A stretch of 64,000 nt of DNA, from the NCBI GenBank assembly GCA_965203295.1, contig CBDBCZ010000016.1, positions 1,184,001 through 1,248,000 on the forward strand, given 5' to 3'. Under the pieces are notes generated by a model, which ran no database searches, was not told where the DNA came from, and saw only the letters and a list, made by a program, of their open reading frames with translations. Source of the stretch: Nitrospirales bacterium. Its GTDB lineage: Bacteria > Nitrospirota > Nitrospiria > Nitrospirales > UBA8639. Position numbers and translations under genes: made by a program. Shown here in pieces: positions 50,703 to 63,500 of this stretch; position 1 is the first letter of the stretch, and each line of letters starts with the position of its first letter.

Positions 50703-52477
50703 ATGCAGGAGTGGATCGTTAGAGTATTTGCAGCAGTAGCCATTGTCACGTGGAGCCCAAACAATGTGGCAGCTGCCCTCTCCTGTTCTCCTGGGTTTGT
50801 GCCTCAAGGTGACGACTGTGTTTGTGGGGACTGGCCCAATGGAATGATCATCTGTGATGAAGACTCAAAGAAGGCCTCAATGCAAATTGGGTACTGCATG
50901 ACATACAGCAACGAGACTGGAGAAGTGAGAGCCGGAGGTTGTTTACAAAGCTTCTTCAGAAATGATTCGTACAAATTTTACTATTCCCTTCCTAGCGAAG
51001 AGTGTGACCTCAACGACCGAGTGTGCAGCCCAACCAATAGCAAAGGTATACTCTGTGGAGAGTGTCAGGATGGTTTTACTGTTTCACCCACCTTCATTGT
51101 TAACTGTATCAATTGCACAGGTGCCTCTCACTCCCATGAGTGGATTAGAGCTATCGCTATTAGATATCTACCAATCACTTTAGTCTTCTGTGTTACCATG
51201 GCACTTTCAATCAGTATTGTATCAGGACCCATTAATTCAGTCATCTTTTTTAGCCAGGTCACTTCATCAAGTTATAATATAGCCTTTTTTGTTAGTGTTC
51301 TGGGATCCCAAGGCACTTCTTCTTACTCAAGTAGAGCATCGACAACAACAGTAGCTGCAATTTATGATTTTTGGAACTTGAGAGTTTTCAGTTTTATCAT
51401 ACCTCCTATATGCCTGACAAACCATCTCACTAGGCTGCAAGCATATGCACTTGAGGGTATCACAGCATTCTATCCACTGTTTCTCATCCTCTTCCTTTTT
51501 TTCTGCATACAATTACATGCCCGGAATTTTAGGCCTGTTGTATTTTGCTGGAATCCCTTTCTTAATGTTTTCACTACATCCAAAGGAGTATTGATCCAAA
51601 AACTTCAATCATTGATGCATTTGCCACTTTTATACTCCTCTCCTATGTGAAAATAATGGTTGTTGCAGGGAAGATGCTACTACCTTCAAATTTGTACGAT
51701 GGACATGGACACAAACTCAACACATTAGTAGTGTATATCAGTACAAATATCCATTTCTTTCACAAGAAACATCTTCCGTTTGCTATCCCATCTGTGCTTA
51801 TACTACTAACATTCACAGCTCTCCCTCCTATTGTTCTTACTTTTTATCAATGTTCACTGTTCCAAAAGTGCCTCTCACGATGCAAGATGAACTCTCAAGC
51901 TCTCCATACGTTTGTTGAGATATTTCAAGGGTGTTACAAGGATGGTATAACAAGTGGTACACGAGACTGTCGATACTTTGCAGGACTCTACTTCATTCTT
52001 CGCATAGTTATTTTTACACTCTCTCTTGCTAATATTCCATTGTTTGTCTTGTGCTCTTCTGTTCTTTATTGGTGTGTAGCACTTTTATTTGCATCAGTTA
52101 GGCCGTACAAGAACCACATCTACAATTTTATCGATGCTGTGATACTAGGCCTAATGGGCACTATATATACCTTTATCACATTCAATATTGCCTATGTATT
52201 TTTCACTGGGCATTCTTCAACATTTTTGCTGTTGTTAACTGATATATTGTACACCATTCCACTGCTGTATTTTGTTTTGTTTGTTGTGTACTGGATTATC
52301 AACAGAAAAACTAACTGTATGCAGAGGCTTTTTCAACGATCAATACAGGACCATTTTGATATTGCACATAGACTTCAAAACCCAGAACAGTACGAAGAAT
52401 CAACTGAAGGAAACAAAGTGGAATGCCTAGAGTCATTGAGGGCAACGCACAGCAGCAACACTTACGGAAGCATTTGA
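50703..52477 (+). pseudogene. Tandem paralog (copy 2) with a 1-bp frameshift; pseudogene or sequencing error
   Basis: Collinear with copy 1. Copy 1 reads cta aaa tgc; copy 2 reads cttaatg at 51561-51567. Adding one A joins the 315-aa and 276-aa ORFs. Confidence 0.8.
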
Positions 52478-53942
52478 GAACAGTTGTGTTTTGTATTATA
52501 AATACTTAAACAGATTTTATACTCACTGCACGTCTAATCTTGCAATGTTAACGTAAAAGATTATTCAATAATTATACACGACTATATAGGATGCATGAAC
52601 TTCTAGCTTTATGCTCATGAGCATATATGTATGTTAACTCATACTAAACTCTACAAAAGGTTTGAGTGTGAGTTCTTTGATACTGAATGATTTGTCATCA
52701 TGATAAGTAGACATGTGACTTGACTGCTTAGGTTTCAGTTCTGTGTGTATTACGACATTTCTGCTGCATCCCATTTCACTCTAGGTATTCTCATCTTAAA
52801 TCACTTTTAGCTTCCACACCCAGCATACATTCTCACATGTCCACAGTCCAGGCAATAGCATTATAGCTGTTTATCCCCTGGTCCTAATTGTAATCGCTGC
52901 ATGGCTGCACTGTATGTAAGGGTAACAGCTATACATTGGCTATGAAAGCCATATACACAGGATTATAGGTTGTTTTTAGAGGAGAGGTACCGAGGCTAGG
53001 TGGTATGTAGCAGTGCACTTGTTGTCTTGGATTATACATGTCGTTATGATTGCAATAGCTCTTTCAAAAGTATGGCTAGTTACTGTACAGTTCATCCCAC
53101 AAGTCTCTAGTTATTTTTCTTGATATGGTTTTCGTACTTGTGTCAGATATGGCACATGTATCACACTGAGAAATAACTCAGTTTCAGATATCTTGGATAT
53201 AATTGGTATCATTTTAGTGATTGTTCCACCTTTACCAGTATATGCATGACTTCAAGTCTTATACAGGCTACTATCTCAGTGTAGCTACAAACAGACTACT
53301 GAAAGGTTAAGGCTTGGCTACTATGCTAGAAAGTGCTCATGGAGATTCACAAGACTTAGAGACAGAATAGTTTACAACCATCCCAGGAAAAGTAGTCTGA
53401 GGCTACTCACTACTAATGGAAACTGAAAGAAAAAACTGTATACCTACATGTAGGACAAATGATTATCTTACTGTTATCGGTAGTGTTGTTTGAGTGGTGG
53501 GGGGAAAACAGCTATGACTACAAGTTTTCTGTGAATGTATTCTGGATGTTATCTACTTTGTTTACTACTGTGCAGTGCAACTTGCTACTTTCTGTTTCTA
53601 CAGCATGTCTGATGACAAACATTACAGCAGTAAACCACAACATTGTGAATCCCCTCTGAACTCTAAGGTGTTCTTCAGAGCTTGTCACCAACATTTCAGA
53701 TTGTATAGTGATTCTCAAATAGTATGCTGTGGCCAATGCTTTCTCTAGTTCCAATGCAAGCCGCTCTTACGTTAGCATTTCTATACTGTAGCTATCACTC
53801 TTTGCCTATGCTAATATGCATTGGGAGTCACTGAGTATCAATTGCAGTAATTAGGCAAGTTTATTAGGTGAGGTACATTCACTGTTCCAAGGCTTACGGT
53901 GGCCCTGGAGGTCACTCCACGTTCCATACTCTGATCACCACG

Positions 53943-54030
53943 TTCCAATAGTCCTCACTCCTCATTCCAATAGTTCTCACTCCTCATTCCAATAGTCATC
54001 ACTCCTCATTCCAATAGTTCTCACTCCTCA
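53943..54030. repeat. 22-bp subterminal tandem repeat x4
   Basis: TTCCAATAGTYCTCACTCCTCA units in the left arm of the foldback element. Confidence 0.9.
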
Positions 54031-54603
54031 TATCATACGTACTTCCAAAATTATGAACTTTGAACTTTGATTCTCACTCCCCGCTCCTCACTCCAATAGC
54101 TCTCGTTCCAGTATATCCAGTGTCGCGCGCGCATGCTGGTACATGGTGCAGATACGTTATGATATTATTCAATGTTCTTTAATTGGAATACAAAACGAAC
54201 AGCAATGCTGGTGGGGACTATTTCACGGAACGGAACGGAACGAACACGGAACGGTCTAAAACGCGGAACAATGGCCATCAGTGATCAGTGCTGCCGATTC
54301 AACGCTGTACTCACTGTGTTCTACAATGTAATAATGCCACCAGAAAATTGTGTGAGTTAGCTTACATGACATTGACTGTAGGTAGTAGTATACTTTAATT
54401 TGAATGTGTGTGTGAAGTAGCTAAGTCTACATATTGAAATTTGAATAGTCTCTGTTTTTTTATTAGGGGCAAATTATAAAACTGTAAGAAACGCATACAT
54501 GGTAAGTTGTATAATGTTGCAGGCCATAATAAAAGGACATGCAGGTTGCTATGGTATTACAGTAGTAGTAGATGGAAGTTCTACAGTGTGAGTAGTCGCC
54601 ACC

Positions 54604-55518
54604 TCAGAGTGCTAGACTGCACTTTTTACCACGTGAGCAGAACCACTTCTTAGTGGTATTCCAAAACTCTCTTGGAATATCTGGCTTGCAGATGTCATGG
54701 AACCACTCTTTGCAGGCGTGGCATTGAATCATGCGGCCTCCTGTATGGGGTTGCCTGCAGCAACAGTAAAGTGCAACTTCTGTTGTACTTGACAGTCGTT
54801 GTCTCATTCTCCGAGGTTTCTCTTTCTCTGGAAAGGATGTTAGTTTTCCTTGTTGAAAACTCTCAAAGAGGTGGCTTCTCATTTGGCTCTGATCGTACCT
54901 GATTAAGTGGGGATCCTGGCCAAGACAAAGTGCGACTGTATTTGCAATTGCAAAGAGTGCGCAGTCACCACCCCCATTCTGCCTTTGCACATCTATGAAC
55001 CGTAGTTTTAAGCTAGGGCTCTTTGTGTTTAAGATTGCGGCAATTTGCTTTTTCAGAGTAGTGGATCCAGTTGAATAGGCAGGTATGCTGTCATAAATAT
55101 CGACAACCCCTTCTGGACACCCAATATTTGAAGAGCATACCCAGTGTTGTTTACAAATGTTGATGATCTGGACGAAATTGGTACAGTTTGAGGTCCACTG
55201 TAACTTCACGGCAAGAACAAGGGTGTCTTGTAAACCATTCTGCTGAGGATGTTGTTTCCGTAGAAGTTTGCTAACAGCGCTAATGTGTTTGTCAGTGAGC
55301 CACTTACCGCTTAATAGCTCAACTTTGTCTGAGTCACGAAGCTCAAGACCCTTCAGCCAATATGGTGACATTTGTTGCCGCGGAACATGCGCGTCTGCAT
55401 CAATGACCTCAAAGCAATCTTCTAGGTCATTTGCTGCTCCCTTTTTTAATACCTTCCTCTTCTTTCGTTTTGGGCTACAATTTTCACTTTGGAGCCTCTC
55501 ATGGGATTTGTTTTGCAC
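54604..55518 (-). CDS. Ulp1/C48-like SUMO protease + PHD finger (likely last exon of the MULE gene)
   Basis: WLTDKHI, QHWVC, IYDS and QRQNGGGDCALFAIA give an intact His-Asp-Gln-Cys set, followed by CCCRQP..MIQCHACKEWFH..C..WFC. Confidence 0.82.
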   Translation of the reverse strand: MQNKSHERLQSENCSPKRKKRKVLKKGAANDLEDCFEVIDADAHVPRQQMSPYWLKGLELRDSDKVELLSGKWLTDKHISAVSKLLRKQHPQQNGLQDTLVLAVKLQWTSNCTNFVQIINICKQHWVCSSNIGCPEGVVDIYDSIPAYSTGSTTLKKQIAAILNTKSPSLKLRFIDVQRQNGGGDCALFAIANTVALCLGQDPHLIRYDQSQMRSHLFESFQQGKLTSFPEKEKPRRMRQRLSSTTEVALYCCCRQPHTGGRMIQCHACKEWFHDICKPDIPREFWNTTKKWFCSRGKKCSLAL

Positions 55519-56370
55519 TTTTGCATCTATTAATGGGGGAAAAGATGAATGTGAGTAGATATTTCACTATACAGAGTAGCTCAGTAGTATGCACCTCCAC
55601 AGCTGCTTTCAGATTGAGCCTTTTTAATCTCTTCCAATGAGGGCATAGGTGGGGGTAGAGGTGGGACATCCTCATCGTCAGTGTCTGCATTCATGTGTGT
55701 AAAAATTATAGCCACATGGTAGTGTATGCGTGGCCTTCTATTGCACAGATCCATCTATACCTTGAGAAAGGAAAAGACTGTCTTCTTCAATTGCAGCCAG
55801 TAGTGCAGAATCTGCACTAGATAGTATGTCCGCATTCTCCTCATTCTCAGACCAGACATTCTCATCCTCAGACTTGAGATTGTCTGCAGGTATACAATGT
55901 CTGCATGACCACAATAATATTATTATGAGAATCATTTTGAATATCTAACCTGTCAATTTAGGGCTGTGCTTCTGCTTGGCAGAAGACTTGTCTGAAGCAT
56001 CACGTCTGCTTCTGCTACTGCTGTCCTTACACATCAACTCCCAGAGTATGTCAAGTGCCTCAGTAGAATCGGACATGTCTTTATCTGCACAATATGGTAT
56101 GATACGATGCAAATACGGTATGATATACAGGAGTATTTGTTACTATTTAGGTGTACATTAATAATATACCATTTTTGATTTCCACATTGTGTGAAATGTA
56201 TGTAATTTTTTTAACAGACCATTCAGTTATACAGACTGTTTTGTTCCCTTCACCTGCAGTGTCAAGGGCTCTGTTTGATCCTTCTTTGATTGTCACTTGA
56301 GAGCCTAGACATGGACACGTCACATTAAACAGTGATAAGACTGATTTCTACACATAAAAGCATTGGTTAC

Positions 56371-58971
56371 CTGCTGCATCCGGAGCGGGGACAACATCGC
56401 AGTCACCTGGGCGTGGACGTTTTCTACCTGACTTCTTTTCCTTTCTGGTGCGGACATTCTTCCGGAGCTGGGTGAGGTTTAGTTTCTTCTGCCCACTCGA
56501 CTGATCATCTTGTCCAATACACATTTTGGCTGCCAAAATGTGATAACATTGAGATGTGGACGGGCATGAGCAGGTTTCTCTCGGGAAGAGAGTTACAACA
56601 TGAGGCTGTTTTGACCCCCATACTGTAAAAGTGTGAAGCTTTGGGTCGATGTTGATTTTGTTGCATTCCAGTACTCGCTTTGCGCGCTCCCTTTGGCTCA
56701 GCTGGTGGTTTGATGTGCTGGTGTGCTGGTGGTTTGATGCACTCCTGTCCTGATCTTGGATACCATTGTTGATGGTGGGGAGATCAGGCAAGGAAGTGTC
56801 CAGACTTCCTTTGATTCGCGCAACTATTTTCTCTGGAGCGAAGATATTGTGCTCTGGTATGAGGGATGGTTGTGCTTTGACTATACAAGAGAACTGTCGG
56901 TGCAGGTGGTAGTTTCCAAGGCCTTGTTGACCACGTGCAATCTCCACCCTGTAGTATCCCTGTAGGTAGTGCAGGGCCAAGACCATACAATCTACAGGAG
57001 CCTCCCGCCACTGTTGCAATTCTTTGAGGACATAGTTGATGCCTTCGGCCTGGTTATTTGTCACCCCACTGTAGGGATCATACACACCATGTGGCTCAAT
57101 GGACCATCTTGCAATTGACTCAATATCTGGGTGTATGTTTGTACGGTAGTAGTCAAAGAATGGAGCACTCCACCTTTGAGCCATTTGTTTCAGCCTTTGT
57201 GTGTACTCTTCTCTTGTAGGGAGATGGAAAAGGGCTCTCATATCACTGAGATACACAGACACATCATCTGATGGTGCACCATGGCTTCTTAGCCACCTCA
57301 TTGCATCCTGAAACAGATGATTCCAGCATCTGAGGTGAGGTGCTGCTGGTAGATACTTTCCAATGGTAGCCACATATGCCTGTTCCTCATCGGTCACTAT
57401 CGGTTTTGCTGTTTTAGCAAGGGAGGGTACCAGCTTGCAGCAGATGCTGAAGAGCTCTTCGTGACATTCCTTCAATTTCCTTTCATGCAGTAGAAAGGCA
57501 GCTGGAATGACAGGGGCCTCTTCAAAAAGAGTGTGCCGAAAAGTGAGTGTTGATATGTAGAAATCCCCCAATTGAAAGGTGGTATCATAAGATAGTAACT
57601 GGGGCGAGGAAGACTCCACTAATAGCACGCGATCCAGTTCTTCAAGCAGTGCTTTATGAGCACAGACACACACTAGGTCAGGGTGTGTACGAATTGCGTG
57701 CACGAAATCTGGCATATCTGTAGCCAATTCATGGAGGTTATACAGAGCATCATGTGACAAGCGTTGCCTCTCAAGCATCTTAGATCTTATGTTCTTAACT
57801 TGTTTTGTATTGCGAGGCTGCATGACTGGAAGGTGTGTTGGGGCTGGGACTTGTGTGATATGGCTCCTGTATACCTTGGCTGTTGTGGTGTGTTGGCATT
57901 CCTTTTCTAGGCTTCTGAGAACAGACGGGCATGTTCTAATGTGTGGCCTTGAGAGGTGCTTTGTAGCATTTCCATGAGGGAACTTGATGGCAGCCTTTTC
58001 ATCCCCTATGTAGTGTATGAGGATGGCCTTTGAGCTACTTGGGGTGAGTAGTTGATAAGCATGCCTCATAAATTCAGAGGATGGCCCATTTGGCGTGCTT
58101 ATTTGAAAGTAGGATTTCTTTACCCTTGGATCTTTTCTAGGGAGTTGTCGTACCCCCTGATTTGTCCATCGGTACTGGTCACAGCGCCAGTCATCTGTAA
58201 TGGTTAAATATAGAAAGTATAACCAGGGACCAATCAAATCTTGCTTTGATAAGAGTTTGTCTTAGGGAAGTACACTATATTTACTCATTTCACTGCCGTA
58301 GTGCTTACGCCATTGACCTCGCACCCACATATATATGCAGGCGGAACTTGGAAGATCTTCAGTCAGGGGACAAGAGAAAGAGCAACTTCCTCTTTGTAGT
58401 AGCCCAGATTAATAAAATACAGTGGAACCCCTCTAATATGGACATATTGAGGACCTGGTAAGAGTTCTGTATAGAGAGGTGTCCTCATTTCAGGGGCAGA
58501 AGTATAAACCTTTTTTTGGGACAGAGCAAAGTGTCCTTAATACAGAGGTGTTCTTTTTACAGGGGCATCTTATAAGACGGGTTCCACTGCATTTATTGCT
58601 CAGTTGTGGTCGTACTAAACAGATGATTGTATCTTTCTCCTTGCAGGCTATATCTGGTGCTGAAAGGGTGACAACTTATCTGATCAGTTGCTATTATATT
58701 AGCCATACCCCTGGCTTCCTCCTCTTGTGGAATATATTTGGGGTAGTGCAGCAAAGTGTAGGAAAGGACAATTTTATGTACAATACATGCACATGTTCAA
58801 CATACCATGCTTTGTGTTGTCGTCACTCTGGAAAATGTAGATCTCACCAGCCTTTGGTTTTGCTGGTGGGAGATTTGATATACCATCAACCGGTGGGCTC
58901 TTGAGGATAGAGACAACTTCAGAAATTGCCAGTGGGGTCTCCTGGACTCGAAAGACAGTGGATACGCTCAT
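56371..58971 (-). CDS. MULE transposase with C-terminal SWIM finger
   Basis: Exon 58971-58806 splices in frame to 58194-56371. Motifs YDTTF, IVTDEE, CWNH and VTNNQAE, plus CSCPSTSQCYH. It ends at a donor site and probably continues through small exons to the Ulp1 exon. Confidence 0.85.
58420..58589. mobile_element. Pogo/Tigger-type MITE in the MULE intron
   Basis: TA|CAGTGGAACCC ... GGGTTCCACTG|CA; imperfect TA duplication. Confidence 0.65.
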
Positions 58972-59973
58972 TATACGTATAGCTGCTCATGAGTACACGT
59001 GGCCGCTTTGTATCTTGCCGCCAAAACTACAATGTACAGCCCCACCCACTCTGAGCCCCTCCCCTATACTGCAATTCCGTGTTTTAGGCCGTTCCGTGTT
59101 CGTTCCGTTCCGTTCCGTGAAATAGTCCCCACCGCAATGCTAGCTCAGTTGCTCGTGCTGTGAATCTGTTGATGTTATGGATGTTCTTGACAGTCCAGTG
59201 TGTCGCCTGCTTAAGCAGGAATGATCCCAGAGTGGACGGTAAAATAGTGACATACTTTTAAATTCGTTTAGGAGAGTAAACCTGGACAGGCTTGGAGTCC
59301 GCTGAAGTAGTAAAGACTTAGCAGTAGCGTTATTAATACGGAAATCTCTTAATTCGGGTGGATTACCAAGTACTGATGGCAGTACAAGTATGATGTAATG
59401 GTGGTCTGTTGTACCTCAGGCTGGTGCATGGAGAAGCCATAGGGTACGTTAACCCAAGATCCTTTTTTCGCTTCTCAAACCAGGCCATCCTGTTAATAGA
59501 TAGATCCTTAGATGAAGGCTGGGGACAAGTAAAATTACCACAACATATCCTATGGCTCCTCCATGCACCAACCTGAGGTACGCCACAATTATGCTATATT
59601 TCTTTTACTGCCATCAGTACTTGGTAATCCGCCCAAATTAAAAAATTCCCGTATTAACGCTACTGCTAAGTCTTTGCTACTTTGCTGCCTGTCCAAGTTT
59701 ACTCTCCTAGATGAATTAAAAAGTATGTTACTGTTTTACCGTTCACTCTGGGATCATTCCTGCTTAAGCAAGGGACACACTGGACTGTTAACAACATCCA
59801 TAGCGGAATCTTAGCACTGGCAGCTAGCATAGCACTATTTTGTATTCCAATTAATATCGTATCTACACCATGTACCAACGTGCGCGACACCGTACTAGAA
59901 CGAGCGCCATTGGAGTGAGGAGTGAGAAGCAAAGTTCAAAGTTCATAATTTTTGGCAGCATGAGGCACGAAAA

Positions 59974-60127
59974 TGAGGAGTGAGGACTATTGGAATGAGG
60001 AGTGAGAACTATTAGAATGAGGATTGAGAACTATTGGATTGAGGAGTGAGGACTATTGGATTGAGGAGTGAGGACTATTTGAATGAGCAGTGAGAACTAT
60101 TGGAATGAGGAGTGAGGACTATTGGAA
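59974..60127. repeat. 22-bp subterminal tandem repeat x7 (reverse complement of the left array)
   Basis: TGAGGAGTGAGRACTATTGGAA units in the right arm. Confidence 0.9.
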
Positions 60128-60504
60128 CGTGGTGATGTGAGTATGGAACATGGAGTGACCTCCAGGGCCACCGTAAAGGCTACTTGTACCCTGCTAGCAA
60201 GAAATACATATATAACCTTGGGATGAGGCTACACTAAATTAGCCTGGAAATGAGACTGGATACTGACAGCATAACCTTGGTTGCTCATGCAAGTGAGGTA
60301 AAATTGACCTGTACCATACTGTGAAGCAATTGATATGGCCTCAGTCTCATGACAAAACAGATTCTCATGAAACTCAAGACAGTTTCAGCTTCATTGATCT
60401 TATCTAGACAGCACATTAGCCCAAGTTTGCACTTGCAACTGTCTTCAAAACTGCATATAACTCCCCATCATATCATTGTAGTATAATTGCAGTTGGCTAG
60501 CTAC

Positions 60505-63500
60505 ATGGCTGCACAAAAAGGCAGTCATAAGTACGGACTAATTTTTGCATTGAGTTTGGTACTGTTTCATCTCTCAGTTGAGCAAGTTGAGAGGCGACAC
60601 CTCTATGTGAAGCCATCTCCTGCCTTTGATGAATGCCCACTTGGTGAAGTATGTCTCACCCTCTCGGAGTATCTACAGAACGTGAGCAATTTCCTCACTT
60701 CTGATACAGCTATCCATTTCCTCCCTGGGAACCACACCCTCAGCAGTAGTGAGTCTAATCAAGATCTTCTCTTTGCAGCAAATGTCCACAATCTTTCATT
60801 GTTCGGACACAGTAATCAAGGTACTGTACTAAACTGTACTGGAAAGCTGGGGTTTGCCATTATGAATGCTGTACATATACATATATCAAACATCATGATT
60901 ACCAACTGTGGCCAGACGATCACTGCTTTACTGAATGAAGTGTGTGAATACTCTCTCAATATCCACGAGAACACTAAAGCAGCTCTTGCTTTTTTTAATG
61001 TCTCTTCACTTGAACTTCAAAACATTCAAATACAGAAAAGCCATGGTTATGGTTTGTTTGGAGTGGATGTTGGGGGAAGTTCTAGTTTGACAAATTGCAC
61101 ATTTAGCTTTAATGGTTGGAAACAAATCGACAGTGATGAATCAAATTCAGAGACTCCTCCAGGTGGCAATGTATTGTTTGTGTATCCTTGTTCTCGGCCA
61201 CTAGTACTACAGTTTCCGGAATGGAAGCATACTATAAATATCTCTCACTGTGAGTTTGCTTATGGTACAGATACCACCAGTTTAGACTTTCAACGGTGGC
61301 AGAAATCATCCCATAGAGTTAGTGGAGGGAGTGGTTTAGGATTGCTGTTCTATTGTGGGACAGCTAGTTATCATGAAATTTCCTATAGTATTGCAAACTC
61401 TATCTTTCACCACAACAAGTCACCATATGGACCTGGAGCTAATATGCTCCTACTTGTTGATACTATAACTACTGAAAAAATCGCAGAAAAGGTGATCCAA
61501 ATAGATATATTAATGAATAGATGTAAGTTCCATGATGGAGAAGCTCTAGACGGTGGAGGTATATTTGTAGGGTACATAGGCTCAGGTATGTATTTAAGCA
61601 GTTACCCACTGATCAGAGTCTCGAATTGTACACTCTGTCACAACAGAGCAAGGAGTGGTGGTGGTTTGCACTTTATATCTAAACTACGTGATGGTATGTT
61701 ACAGTATGAAGAAAGGGATTACCTCAGCTTGCTTTATTGTAACTTTAGTAGTAACAGGGCTGTAGAAGGAGCTGGTGTATATATTTCACTCTTGGTGATA
61801 GCGGACCGTTTTTTCTATATGTACCCAACGGCACTTGTCAACATTTCGCAAAGCACCTTCGTACAGAATACTGCAAGCAGGAGTGGCGGGGGAATTGATA
61901 TTCGTTTACGCACCACAAATGATCCCATGGGATTGGGTCAATGTTTGATTCCTGTAACATGCACTGGCTGCTCTTTTGTTAGCAACAAAGCAGAGAATGG
62001 TAGTGCTGTACATGCCAAAGGTTGTGGACAGAATGTGATGAACACAGACAGAGTTGAGTCTTGTCAGCAAGCCTACAGAATGTCTATTCGATTGTGCAGT
62101 ACAGTAATTAGCAAAAACGCTTATAGCTTCTTTAATGGTTTTGCAACACTCTACATACAAAATATAGAGAGGTTTGAATTACACAACAGTGCTATTATTG
62201 ATAATAATGGCACAGCTATATACATCAGTGGATCATCACTTTACATCAGTGGTAGAGTTAATGTTACCGGTAACCATGGACACAGTGGTGGTGGTCTCTA
62301 CTCTGACTGTAACCCTCCATCTTACATACATCTTAAACATCCGTCACACCTGTATATGGCCAATAACGCTGCATCATATCATGGAGGAGCAATATTTGTC
62401 AAAGACTGCAGCAGTGTAAACACAGTATACTGCTTCATTCAAATTGAAGGTCTGTATAGGTGAAACAACACAAACATTTATAAGGTACCTGATAATGTGA
62501 GTGTGATACTGGAAAACAACACAGCAGAAGAGGCAGGAGACTCTATTTATGGTGGGCTGCTTGAAACATGTCACTTGGAAGATATATACCAAGCCACTAC
62601 AACTTTTTCATCACAAAATTTCACAATTTTTGAGATATTTAAAATTAATAATGGTACCCATTCTATGTCAGAAGTTACATCAAATCCATTGCAGATTTGC
62701 TTCTGTGATGAAAACTTAAGCATGAATAAGCTAGAATGTAAAACTGAAGCTAATATCAAAATCTACCGAGGACAAGCATTCCATATTCCTGCAGTAGGAG
62801 TGGGACAGTTCAATAATTCGTCACCATCCATCGTACGGACCATAATACCATCTGAATGCACTGGAGAATTGGGAGACAGACAAAATGTTCAGGAATTAGG
62901 TCGTTGTTGCGGAATTTTGAACTATATTGTCAGGAGTTCTGAAAATACTACACAACTTCAGATTACCATTGAAAGGACAGGCTCAAGTATTAATCTTCGG
63001 CATCCAGCGCTGATTTCTGTTTCATTCCTCAAATGCCCCCCTGGTCTGGAACTCTCAAGTGATTTTTCCGTATGTAAATGCGAACCACACCTGAAGAATA
63101 ACGGACTAAAATGTGACACAGGCACCTGGACATTTCACCGGCCAGCATCCATGTGGATAGGGTATTATGGAGAGAAACAGGTAGCAATCCACCCCAACTG
63201 TCCCTTTCACTACTGCAAATCAGAAGACACTAATCTTAGTCTTAGCAGTCAGGATGAACAGTGTGCATTCAACCACTCTGGTGTCCTTTGTGGGGCATGC
63301 CAGCAGGGACTCAGCCTGGCCCTGGGAACCTCACAGTGTCTCAAGTGTTCCAACACTTACCTTCTCCTTCTCATCCCATTTGCCTTGGCTGGAGTTGCAC
63401 TGGTGTTTCTGCTCCTAAAGTGCAACCTCACAGTGTCAGTCGGAAGCATCAACGGTCTTATCTTCTATGCCAACATTATTCAAGCCAACCAAGCCGTCTT

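Larger units (their letters stand above)
54210..59133 (-). mobile_element. Mutator-like element (MULE)
   Basis: ~59-bp TIRs GGTGGGGACTATTTCACGGAACGGAACGG.. (54210-54268; 59075-59133) and 8-bp TSD GCAATGCT (54202-54209; 59134-59141). Confidence 0.92.
53895..60175. mobile_element. Non-autonomous foldback DNA element (~1.35 kb of its own sequence) hosting a Mutator insertion
   Basis: Termini TACGGTGGCCCTGGAGGTCACTCCA and its reverse complement; 6-bp TSD AAGGCT (53889-53894, 60176-60181). Arms 53895-54209 plus 59142-~59450 are complementary to ~59540-60175. Confidence 0.88.

Noticed and set aside
59974..60127. CRISPR-like periodic array
   Set aside because: Contiguous 22-bp tandem units with no unique spacers, in a eukaryotic transposon arm.
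62461..62463. Selenocysteine codon
   Set aside because: No redox-motif context, and the 3' UTR where a SECIS would lie is outside the window.
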